Shown one piece after another: positions 9,179 to 17,897 of a stretch of DNA of 64,000 nucleotides (position 1 is the stretch's first letter; every line of letters begins with the position of its first letter). The position numbers were made by a program, and so were the translations under genes. The notes beneath the pieces are model-generated. The model did not search any database and was not told where the DNA came from. It was given only the letters and a program-made list of their open reading frames with translations. Origin of the DNA: Candidatus Moraniibacteriota bacterium (GTDB lineage Bacteria; Patescibacteriota; Minisyncoccia; Moranbacterales; UBA1568); NCBI GenBank assembly GCA_030648835.1, contig JAUSGT010000002.1:501458-565457 (forward strand). The letters are read 5' to 3'.

Positions 9179-10870
9179 ATGAATCTTGAGTCAAAAAATG
9201 CCAAGAGACCGCTTGAGAAAGAAATCATAGTCGTCGTCGGATATCCTCCGATCAAGTCGGACAAGGGAGTGGCGCTTCTCAGTCAGAATCGCCAATTTCA
9301 ATATTTCAATGCCCCGACGTATATTTATCCGATGGTTCCGGCGTATGCCGCGTCATTGCTTCAGGAGGAAGGATATCGAGTGTATTGGATGGATGGTATT
9401 TCCGAGCACAAGAGCTACGATCAGTGGGTAGATGAGTTGCGAGCGACGGGCGCAGAGTATCTCATGGTGGAATCCAAGTCTCCGATTATCAAGACACACT
9501 GGAAGCAAATCAATGACCTGAAGGAAAAGTTGCCGCATCTGAAACTCATCTGGGTAGGCGACCACGTGACATTTATGCCACTGGAGCAATTCGAGCATAG
9601 CCGGGTGGATTATATTCTTCGCGGTGGGGATTACGATTTTCTTGTCACCAATCTGCTCAATCATATTCACAGGGGAGAAGAGCTGGAGGGCGGTGTCTTT
9701 TGGCGCGAAGGAAACACGGAAATCAAGGCCGTTCCGAAAGAAACATCCGCTTTGCCTACGGGTGAAAAAGTACATTCATCCGGCGCGGATTGGGTGCGTC
9801 ACAATCTCGATACGTTGCCGTTCGTCGACCGTGATCTGACGCGCTGGGAGCTGTATGCCTACGAAAACGGGAATTACAAATATACGCCGGGGACCTATAT
9901 GTACAGCGGGCGCGATTGTTGGTGGAATCGCTGCACATTCTGCGTGTGGGATCATACTATCAATCCCATCGGAACCTACCGCAGTTTTTCACCGGAGCGT
10001 CTGTTTGCCGAAGTGAAACACGTGGTGGACAAATACGGCATCAAGGAGATCTTTGACGATGCCGGAACGCTTTTCATCGGGCCGAAGCTCAAAAAATTCT
10101 GCGAACTTTTGATTGAGAGCGGTTACAACAAAAAAGTGATTTATGGCTGTAATATGCGTTTCAACGCCTTGAATCAGGAGTATTACAATCTGATGGCCAA
10201 GGCTGGTTTTCGCTTCATTCTTTATGGTATGGAGTCAGGCAATCAGAAAACGCTCGATAAGCTGGACAAGGGCACGAAGGAGGCGGATACGATCAATGGC
10301 TCACGTATGGCATCGAAAGCCGGGCTGGAACCACACGCGACCATTATGCTCGGCTATCCATGGGAAGACTATGAAGACTCCAAACGTACCATCGCTGTCG
10401 CCAAATATTGTTTCAAGAAAGGCTATTTCAGTACGATGCAGGCCACCATCGTCGTGCCATACCCGGGAACGCCGCTTTGGAAGGAATGCAAGGAGAAGGG
10501 CCTGCTCTTGACCGAAGATTACGATGATTACGATATGCGCGGATCGGTGATGAAGATCCCCATTACGCAAGAACAGCTTTTGCATCTTACCCAGGACCTC
10601 TACTCGGCATTTCTCTCGCCTCAGTTCATCTTCCGCAAGATCATCAGTATCCGCAGTTTTGATGACATCAAGTTTTTCATTTCGGCCGGGAAAAAATTGC
10701 TTGGACACTTGCTCGATTTCGATCCCAATCAGACCAAGGTCGGTTTCGCTTCCAAGAAATTTTGGAAGAATGCTTTTGGCAAGCTGACTGGCCATTTCGT
10801 GGCTTCAAAAACGACGGTGGATGCCGAGAAAGACAAGGTTCGTCTGGAAGATAGCGCCGTCAATCGCTGA
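9179..10870 (+). CDS. B12-binding-domain radical SAM protein
   Basis: N-terminal AYAASLL...G..V...DG segment; GRDCWWNRCTFC (CxxxCxxC); GMESGNQ; PYPGTPLW. Confidence 0.88.
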   Translation: MNLESKNAKRPLEKEIIVVVGYPPIKSDKGVALLSQNRQFQYFNAPTYIYPMVPAYAASLLQEEGYRVYWMDGISEHKSYDQWVDELRATGAEYLMVESKSPIIKTHWKQINDLKEKLPHLKLIWVGDHVTFMPLEQFEHSRVDYILRGGDYDFLVTNLLNHIHRGEELEGGVFWREGNTEIKAVPKETSALPTGEKVHSSGADWVRHNLDTLPFVDRDLTRWELYAYENGNYKYTPGTYMYSGRDCWWNRCTFCVWDHTINPIGTYRSFSPERLFAEVKHVVDKYGIKEIFDDAGTLFIGPKLKKFCELLIESGYNKKVIYGCNMRFNALNQEYYNLMAKAGFRFILYGMESGNQKTLDKLDKGTKEADTINGSRMASKAGLEPHATIMLGYPWEDYEDSKRTIAVAKYCFKKGYFSTMQATIVVPYPGTPLWKECKEKGLLLTEDYDDYDMRGSVMKIPITQEQLLHLTQDLYSAFLSPQFIFRKIISIRSFDDIKFFISAGKKLLGHLLDFDPNQTKVGFASKKFWKNAFGKLTGHFVASKTTVDAEKDKVRLEDSAVNR

Positions 10871-10890
10871 CAGATTTCGGAAAGAAATGA

Positions 10891-12633
10891 TTACGGTATT
10901 TTCCCTCGGATCACTTGCAAGTTTTCTTGCAAGTTTTTGTTTTGTGGGTCGATTTGCAAAGCTTGCTCTATATATTCCGAGGCCTTTTGAAAATCGCCTT
11001 GATTGAAAGAAATAGCGGCTAGATTCTGATACGACTGCCATAAACGCGGATTGAATTCCAAGGCTTTCTGATAGTTTTCTATAGCCAAATCGATTTTTCC
11101 CATATCACGATATGTGTTGCCCAAATTATGATAAGCATCGGCATAACGAGGGTTTATTTCAACGGCTTTCTTGAATTCTTCCACCGCTTTTTCCGGATTG
11201 CCTTGTCGGGCATAGACATCGCCTAAATTGTTGTGGATAACTTGTCCGGAAGGTGACGTCTTGGCCGTGGCAATCCAAAGTGTATCTTCATTTTTCCAAT
11301 CCATACCTCGGATAATTGTTCGGATAGAGAGGGATAAAATTATAATCACGAAAAGAGCTACAAGCGCGTGCTTATACTTTTCGTTTTTCTCTTGCGCTTT
11401 TTCCCAAACCCAATTAAAAAATATCGCCACGACGACAAAAATTCCGATGGATCCCAGGTAAACATAGCGCTCGGCGACAATCCAGGAAACACCAAGTGGT
11501 GTGAGTGTCGGAGAAAGAGCAATAAGAAAAAAAGATAACCAGAAAAAAACTGTCTTATTCTTTTTCCAAGTGAAAATAATCGCTGCTAAGAATAAAATAA
11601 AAATAAACAGCATAAAAATATAGGTTCCGGAAGAAAATGACATTTCAGTGTGGTATAAAGAGAGTTTGTCCGGCCACAGCAGAAGCTTCAGATAGTTGAT
11701 AATGGCAATCGGTATTTGGACAAAAATCGAATGGATATTTGTATCTTGGTATTCCTCAGTTTTGATAGAGGCCATTCTTTGCCCGATTTTAGAGATATAT
11801 ATAATTGCCCAAATAAAACTCAATCCGGCGTAGGGCAATAGCTTCTTCCAATTATTTTTGAGATTCCCCCAGATAAACTCAAAAATTATAAAAATCAAAA
11901 ATAGCGGTATTATTTTTTCGGAAGCAATAAGCGCTAAAAAAAAGAAGAAATATGACGCAAATAGTCTTTTTTTGTTTATTCTCGTGATAAAAAGAAAAAA
12001 GGAAATTAAAAACATAAAAACCGATAGGGCATATGGCATAGCGGAAATCCAAACAACTGTTTCGGTCAGAACAGGGTGGACAGCAAAAAGAATTGCCGCG
12101 AAAACAGCAATTCTTTTTTTTGAAATAATACTTAAAATAGAAAAGATAAGAAAAACTGAACCGATATGAGAAATAACATTGATTAAGCGAAAGAAGAAAG
12201 GAGATAATCCAAATAAACTAACAATGGTAAAATGAAAGAAGCGTTGCAGGCTCCCCAGTAGTGAAGGATCCAGTATATTGCTAAAATTTTTAATAGTAGC
12301 AGTGCTGCCTGAAATGACCGGGATATCATCCGATACAAAGCCGCTTCCCAGAGAATTGAAATAAATCACAAAAATCAAGAAAAACAATCCGATGAAAATA
12401 AACAAGTTTTTTTGAAAAAATTCGGCAAAAACAAAATCTGTTTGCCGGTTTTCCGGAATATCTCCCGGTGTATTGTTCCGGGTATATTTATTATATTTTT
12501 CTAAGCGCCAGATTTTTTTTAGATATTTTTTGATTATTTCTTGTTCAACGTCCAAGTTCTCAGCAAGCGTTTCTATAGGGAAATGCTTGATGTTTTTATG
12601 GATATATTCTTTCTGTTTCGATGTCAGACCCAT
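10891..12633 (-). CDS. TMTC-like GT-C membrane protein with C-terminal TPR repeats (putative protein O-glycosyltransferase)
   Basis: FVSDD, LFAVHPVLTETVVWIS, AERYVYL, W.NE.TLW, three TPRs (HNNLG, YHNLG, YQNLA). Confidence 0.8.
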   Translation of the reverse strand: MGLTSKQKEYIHKNIKHFPIETLAENLDVEQEIIKKYLKKIWRLEKYNKYTRNNTPGDIPENRQTDFVFAEFFQKNLFIFIGLFFLIFVIYFNSLGSGFVSDDIPVISGSTATIKNFSNILDPSLLGSLQRFFHFTIVSLFGLSPFFFRLINVISHIGSVFLIFSILSIISKKRIAVFAAILFAVHPVLTETVVWISAMPYALSVFMFLISFFLFITRINKKRLFASYFFFFLALIASEKIIPLFLIFIIFEFIWGNLKNNWKKLLPYAGLSFIWAIIYISKIGQRMASIKTEEYQDTNIHSIFVQIPIAIINYLKLLLWPDKLSLYHTEMSFSSGTYIFMLFIFILFLAAIIFTWKKNKTVFFWLSFFLIALSPTLTPLGVSWIVAERYVYLGSIGIFVVVAIFFNWVWEKAQEKNEKYKHALVALFVIIILSLSIRTIIRGMDWKNEDTLWIATAKTSPSGQVIHNNLGDVYARQGNPEKAVEEFKKAVEINPRYADAYHNLGNTYRDMGKIDLAIENYQKALEFNPRLWQSYQNLAAISFNQGDFQKASEYIEQALQIDPQNKNLQENLQVIRGKIP

Positions 12634-12733
12634 AGTATTGTGGCTTTAAAGCAACGTTTCTGCTAGTATTATAGTATATTGCAAACATAAAATCTATAAT
12701 CCGAGTGGGATCAGAGAGAGTACTCTCTTGCCT

Positions 12734-13231
12734 ATGAGTTTACCTATACATTTATTCATTCATTTCTTCTTTGCTTTTGTGGCCGGGGGCATTTCTTGGT
12801 TCTTTTTTGGTAATCCGGTTTTATCCTTTATTTCAGGATTTCTTGGCGGAGTGCTCATTGATTTGGATCATCTTATTGACTATTTTCTGGCTTTTGGCTC
12901 TCGCTGGAATCTCAGTTATTTTATCCGCGGATATCAGTTTTTGAAAAGCGACAAAGTGTATGTATTGTTCCATGGTTGGGAATACGTTATACTGCTGGCA
13001 ATCGTTGTTTGGGCAGTTGGAGCGCAGTCAAGCCTGGGAGTGGCTTTGTTCGCGTTGGGATTAGGGGGATTGTTTCATCTGATTGCGGATACGCTGATCA
13101 ATCACGGGATGTCATTTCGGGCGTACTCGATCCTCTATAGATTGGTGAACAAATTTGAAGTAGAAAAAATAGTGACCCCTGAACATTATCTGGAGCATAT
13201 GAGAGAAAAGCAATCAACTCGTTTTGAATAA
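12734..13231 (+). CDS. membrane-bound metal-dependent hydrolase-like protein (YdjM-like)
   Basis: H..., LIDLDH, FHGWE, FHLIAD motifs in a hydrophobic protein. Confidence 0.6.
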   Translation: MSLPIHLFIHFFFAFVAGGISWFFFGNPVLSFISGFLGGVLIDLDHLIDYFLAFGSRWNLSYFIRGYQFLKSDKVYVLFHGWEYVILLAIVVWAVGAQSSLGVALFALGLGGLFHLIADTLINHGMSFRAYSILYRLVNKFEVEKIVTPEHYLEHMREKQSTRFE

Positions 13232-13235
13232 AAAT

Positions 13236-14093
13236 ATGCTTGTTTCAGTCATTATCACGACTAAGAACGAAGAGAAGAATATAGAGAACTGTCTAAAATC
13301 AATCAAAGAGCAGGGTTACCCTCAAGAATTGATTGAAGTTATTGTTGTTGATAATAATTCTACCGACAAAACAAAAGAAATTGCTCTTCGTTATACTAAC
13401 CAGGTTTTTGATAAGGGCCCGGAAAGATCCGCCCAAAGGAATTTTGGCGTTGAGAAGTCCAAGGGGGAATATTTTCTCTATCTGGATGCGGATATGACTT
13501 TGCATAAAGATGTTATCAAACATTGTGTAGAAAAAATTTCTGTCATTTCCGCTACCTCTCTTGTCATTCCCGCGGAGGCGGGAATCCAGGTTAGTAATCC
13601 CGACATTGTCGCCCTCTATATTTCAGAAATCGTGATGGGCAAAAAGTTTTTTTCCCAAGTTCGCAGGTTTGAACGAAGTTTTTATGACGCGACGGTTATT
13701 GACTGCGCGCGTTTTATCAAGAAAAGCGCTTTTCAAAAAGTAGGAGGCTTTGATGAGAATCTGACTGGTCCGGAAGATTGGGATTTGGATAAAAAATTGC
13801 GGAAAATCGGAACGACAGCTCTCGTGAAGACACCAATATATCATAACGAAGCAGAGTTTGAATTGAGGAAGTATCTGGACAAAAAAGGGTACTATGCCAA
13901 GAAATTTGATACCTATATCGCCAAATGGGGAAAAAATGATCCAGACTTGCAAAAGCAATTCGGCTTGTACTACCGGTTTCTTGGAGTTTTTGTGGAAAAA
14001 GGGAAGTGGAAAAAAATGTTTGCTCACCCACTACTGACTTTTGGCATGTTTTTTCTTCGATTTCTCGTCGGATTGAAGTTTGTGTTGAGATAG
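13236..14093 (+). CDS. GT2 glycosyltransferase containing an in-frame palindromic repeat
   Basis: SVIITTKNEE, VDNNSTD, YLDADM, GGFDE...GPEDWD. Confidence 0.9.
   Translation: MLVSVIITTKNEEKNIENCLKSIKEQGYPQELIEVIVVDNNSTDKTKEIALRYTNQVFDKGPERSAQRNFGVEKSKGEYFLYLDADMTLHKDVIKHCVEKISVISATSLVIPAEAGIQVSNPDIVALYISEIVMGKKFFSQVRRFERSFYDATVIDCARFIKKSAFQKVGGFDENLTGPEDWDLDKKLRKIGTTALVKTPIYHNEAEFELRKYLDKKGYYAKKFDTYIAKWGKNDPDLQKQFGLYYRFLGVFVEKGKWKKMFAHPLLTFGMFFLRFLVGLKFVLR
13542..13589 (+). repeat. GTC-tagged palindromic repeat (dRS3/RPE-like), half copy plus full copy
   Basis: GTCATTTCCGC...GTCATTCCCGCGGAGGCGGGAATCCAG, read as VISATSL-VIPAEAGIQ. Confidence 0.8.
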
Positions 14094-14171
14094 GATATTT
14101 TATAAAATAGGTAAGGAAAGTATTCCTGGCTTGGTTAAAGCAAATTCGAACTTTCTTTGGAAAGAAATACT

Positions 14172-15152
14172 ATGCACGAACTACCTATTCAGAAAAAACA
14201 TATCGTTCAACAAAGAGAACTTCCTTCTGAATACGCATCCTATAAACGCGAAGATCTCCCGACTGTTCAAGAAATATGGGAGCAAATTCAGGCTGTCAAC
14301 GGCGAGGTCAATAGAGCTCGAGAGCATAAAAATTTTCAGGAAATACCTGCGGATCAACTGCACCAATGCATTGAGGATTGTCTCAATGAAATCGATGCTA
14401 TAGAGCGAGCGGCTAGAAACAAAGAGAAATGGAAAATTTCTGCAGAAATGGCACAGCGAAGGCATCTGATAGTAAACCTTGCTGCGCCTGGAACCTATTA
14501 TCTGTCATCGAAAAATGATAAATATCGGGATAAGCCATGGGCGACCCTTTTGGATCGGGAAAGAGCGGATACCTCAGCTATCTTGGGGATACAAATTGCC
14601 GCTCAAACAACCGGTCAAAACCATTCTTTGTTTACAAAGTCGCGCATTCTCGATGGTCTTGATCCGGATCTGAACAGGCTCCGCCCTGATGTGCACGAAA
14701 GTATCGAAGCATCTGGGACACATTTTTTGTATATTGGGACTGAACAAGAGGGGGACGCCATTAGAAAAGTTCTTGCCTCACCGACTTCTTTCATTCCTGA
14801 AGATGTGGTCACGATCATTGATCAGTCTATCGGGAATACGCTCGATTCGATACACGCCCTGAAGCAATTTTTGCAGAGTTCCTACCCACCTGGAGAAACA
14901 ACTCACGGAAAGCCTTTGAGTATTGACTTCGTCATGGGAGCTCAGGCTTTGAGGACTTTGCGGATGTGCAATAAATTTGATGTTATTCCTTCAGAGGCTC
15001 TAGTCAACCTTTTTCCGATGGCGACTCCTCAAAGTGGCATAAGAGAATACCCGAAAAATGAAATAAGTGGTACCATCTACTATGCCTTGACAAACGATGC
15101 TTCCTTGAAGCCGGTTCCCTACTCGTTGATGGGGGAAGATAACATCTTATAA
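14172..15152 (+). CDS. hypothetical protein, C-terminal half weakly DUF218/YdcF-like
   Basis: E..AI...L....IP...V.I.D.S.GNT.D.I pattern; weak, by eye only. Confidence 0.5.
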   Translation: MHELPIQKKHIVQQRELPSEYASYKREDLPTVQEIWEQIQAVNGEVNRAREHKNFQEIPADQLHQCIEDCLNEIDAIERAARNKEKWKISAEMAQRRHLIVNLAAPGTYYLSSKNDKYRDKPWATLLDRERADTSAILGIQIAAQTTGQNHSLFTKSRILDGLDPDLNRLRPDVHESIEASGTHFLYIGTEQEGDAIRKVLASPTSFIPEDVVTIIDQSIGNTLDSIHALKQFLQSSYPPGETTHGKPLSIDFVMGAQALRTLRMCNKFDVIPSEALVNLFPMATPQSGIREYPKNEISGTIYYALTNDASLKPVPYSLMGEDNIL

Positions 15153-15164
15153 TGGTAAAAAGTT

Positions 15165-15962
15165 ATGAAAGTAGTCATACTAGCTGGAGGTTTGGGGTCA
15201 CGTTTAAGTGAAGAAACGTCAATAAAACCGAAACCGATGGTGGAAATTGGGGGAAAGCCAATTTTGTGGCATATCATGAAAATATATTCCCACTATGGAT
15301 TCAATGATTTTGTCATTTGTTTGGGATACAAGGGCTACTATATAAAAGAATGGTTCAACAACTATTACCTGCATAATAGCGATGTGACATTCGATTTGGA
15401 AAAAAACAGTATACAGTACTGTAAAAATTGGGCGGAAAAGTGGAAAGTGACACTGGTGGATACCGGCGAAGATACTATGACAGGTGGACGCATAAAGAGG
15501 ATCCAAGAATATGTCAATAATGAGACCTTCATGTTGACGTATGGTGATGGTGTGGCTGATATAAATATTATGGAGCTTCTTCAATTTCACAAACAGCATA
15601 AAAAGATAGCGACGGTGACAGCAGTCGTTCCGGAGGGAAGATTTGGCACCCTAAAAATAAATAAAGAAGGTGGTGTCACAATTTTTGGGGAAAAGAAAGA
15701 TAATAAAAATAGAATTAATGGGGGTTTCTTTGTTCTTGAGCCGAAATTTTTTGACTATTTGAAAAATGATGAAACAGTACTTGAAAAAACGCCTCTTGAA
15801 ACACTCGCGGAAGAAGGTGAATTGAAAGCTTTTTTCCATGACGGATTTTGGAAACCTATGGACAGTTTAAAGGATAGGCATACTCTTGAGGGATTATGGG
15901 AAAGCAAACAAGCTCCCTGGAAAATGTGGGAAAATACTCATGATCACTGCAAACATGAATAA
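15165..15962 (+). CDS. rfbF: glucose-1-phosphate cytidylyltransferase
   Basis: LAGGLGSRLSEET..KPKPMVEIG, CLGYKG, TMTGGR, TYGDG, INGGFF, H.GFW.PMD. Confidence 0.95.
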   Translation: MKVVILAGGLGSRLSEETSIKPKPMVEIGGKPILWHIMKIYSHYGFNDFVICLGYKGYYIKEWFNNYYLHNSDVTFDLEKNSIQYCKNWAEKWKVTLVDTGEDTMTGGRIKRIQEYVNNETFMLTYGDGVADINIMELLQFHKQHKKIATVTAVVPEGRFGTLKINKEGGVTIFGEKKDNKNRINGGFFVLEPKFFDYLKNDETVLEKTPLETLAEEGELKAFFHDGFWKPMDSLKDRHTLEGLWESKQAPWKMWENTHDHCKHE

Positions 15963-17022
15963 TTTTTTCAAAGATAAAAAAGTACTTATTACGGGGCACA
16001 CCGGATTCAAGGGATCTTGGCTTACTCAAGTGTTGTTAAACTGGGGAGCCGAAATCACCGGAGTGGCGCTTGTACCCAGTACGCAACCGAACCTATTTAC
16101 CATCCTGAAGCTCGAAAAAAGAATCAGGAATAATTACTTGGATATTCGAGACTTTCAAAAAGTGAAAGACCTCTTGATGAAGGAAAAACCTGAGATTCTT
16201 TTTCATTTTGCGGCCCAGCCGATCGTGCGAGACAGCTATGACGACCCTTTGAAAACATATACCACCAATACTTTGGGAACAGCCAATGTCTTGCAAGCGA
16301 TCAAAGAAACCGGGTGTGTGAAGTCTGCGGTTATCATTACTACCGATAAAGTATACGAAAATAAAGAATCGCACCATCCGTATAGGGAGAATGATCCGTT
16401 GGGAGGCTATGATCCGTATAGCGCCAGCAAAGCGGCTGCTGATATCATTGCCCAATCCTATATCCGGTCTTTCTTCCATCCGGACGATTTTGGTACAAAA
16501 CACAGCACGCTGGTTGCCGTAGCGCGTGCCGGAAATGTCATCGGAGGAGGCGATTGGTCTCCCTATAGGTTGGTTCCCGACATTGTGAGATCTATTTATG
16601 AAAAAAAAGAAAGAATTATCATCAGGAATCCACAAGCTATCCGTCCATGGGAACATGTGCTGGAACCGCTTTCGGGGTATCTGATGTTGGCGGAGAAGCT
16701 GTATAATGGTGAAAAAAGTATCTCTGGCGCCTGGAATTTCGGTCCGGACGAAGAAAGCTTTGTTTCTGTCGAAAAGCTGGTTGATGAAGCCGTACGAATC
16801 TTGGGGAAAGGGGAGATACAAATCAGCCCAGACGATTCCAAGCATGAAGCCGGTATTCTGAAACTCGATACGAGCAAGGCAAAGAATCTTCTCAGTTGGA
16901 AACCGAGACTCTCTTTCAATGAGAATCTGTCACTGACTTTCGAATGGTATAGAAACTACTATGAAAAAATCGAGGACCCGATTGAATTTACAAATACCCA
17001 GATAGATTCTTTCTTCAAGTAG
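15955..17022 (+). CDS. rfbG: CDP-glucose 4,6-dehydratase
   Basis: TGHTGFKGSWL, AQP.VR.SY, TTDKVY, DPYSASKA, RAGNVIGGGDW, RPWEHVLEPL.GY. Confidence 0.95.
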   Translation: MNNFFKDKKVLITGHTGFKGSWLTQVLLNWGAEITGVALVPSTQPNLFTILKLEKRIRNNYLDIRDFQKVKDLLMKEKPEILFHFAAQPIVRDSYDDPLKTYTTNTLGTANVLQAIKETGCVKSAVIITTDKVYENKESHHPYRENDPLGGYDPYSASKAAADIIAQSYIRSFFHPDDFGTKHSTLVAVARAGNVIGGGDWSPYRLVPDIVRSIYEKKERIIIRNPQAIRPWEHVLEPLSGYLMLAEKLYNGEKSISGAWNFGPDEESFVSVEKLVDEAVRILGKGEIQISPDDSKHEAGILKLDTSKAKNLLSWKPRLSFNENLSLTFEWYRNYYEKIEDPIEFTNTQIDSFFK

Positions 17023-17055
17023 TAATTATTACCTTTTTTGCATCGTAAGGCGGCA

Positions 17056-17084
17056 TTGACATAACTTGTAAAAAATGCTATAAT
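17056..17084 (+). promoter_or_regulatory. perfect sigma70 promoter with extended -10
   Basis: TTGACA(17056-61)-17 nt-TATAAT(17079-84); TGC precedes the -10. Confidence 0.85.
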
Positions 17085-17143
17085 GGACTTTACCTAAATA
17101 GGTAAAAATGTCCGTTCCAAATTCAATAGAGAAGAGGTGAAAA

Positions 17144-17737
17144 GTGGATAAATTTGCAATAAAGGCTTTAAAGAGCCTTGCAATCGGGCTGGAAACGAAT
17201 TCAGCTACGAAGGACGAGGTGAAAGCAGCCGCCGTGGCAGTACTTGGTTTGGTTGACCCGCGGGAACCGTATGGTTCGGCTCTCTTCAATGCTTTGGCAC
17301 GACTAACCATTTCCGTGTGTGTGGAGATGGTGATCTTGCGAAAAGCTGCGGATTCATCGCAAGAGGTGCTTCTCCGCAAGCGGGGAGCCGACGAGGTCTA
17401 CGCTCATCAATGGCACGCGGTAGGCTCGTCGTTCCGTCCCGGTGACCCAGTAGCCAAAACGAGCGCTCGGGCGCTTCGGGAATTGGGGAATATACCCCTT
17501 CCGTCACCCGTTTTTCGTGGGCACTTCAACTGTCTCACCGAGGAGCGCGGGCACTACGTCCAGTTGATTTACGCCATCGACGCCACGGGTGTGGAAATAC
17601 CCACAATGCCGGGGCATATCGAATGGTTTTCCACTGAGGCCTTGCCCCAAGACCTCGTCGAGAACCACCGCGAAGTAGTGCTTCCGGTGGCTCTCGGACA
17701 CTATGACTCACGCGACATGGAAAGCTTCGTTCGCTGA
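17144..17737 (+). CDS. divergent Nudix-fold protein, GDP-mannose mannosyl hydrolase (Gmm)-like
   Basis: VLLRKR...QWHAVGS..RPGD....ARALRELG, RGHYV, WF....LP; GAGGTGA SD before GTG. Confidence 0.6.
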   Translation: MDKFAIKALKSLAIGLETNSATKDEVKAAAVAVLGLVDPREPYGSALFNALARLTISVCVEMVILRKAADSSQEVLLRKRGADEVYAHQWHAVGSSFRPGDPVAKTSARALRELGNIPLPSPVFRGHFNCLTEERGHYVQLIYAIDATGVEIPTMPGHIEWFSTEALPQDLVENHREVVLPVALGHYDSRDMESFVR

Positions 17738-17754
17738 TCAGGCGGGGATCGATT

Positions 17755-17793
17755 CGGCCTTGTGCAAGATATTTGCGCAAGGCCGTTTTATTT
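17755..17793 (+). terminator. intrinsic terminator
   Basis: CGGCCTTGTGCAA-GATAT-TTGCGCAAGGCCG-TTTTATTT. Confidence 0.8.
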
Positions 17794-17897
17794 ATCATAA
17801 AATCTCAGATTTTGAAGAATGACGTATTTGCCGTCTTTTATTGGTTTTTCCTTTCAAACCGTGTATACTATGCATACTAATTACTGAGAGCGGTCCC

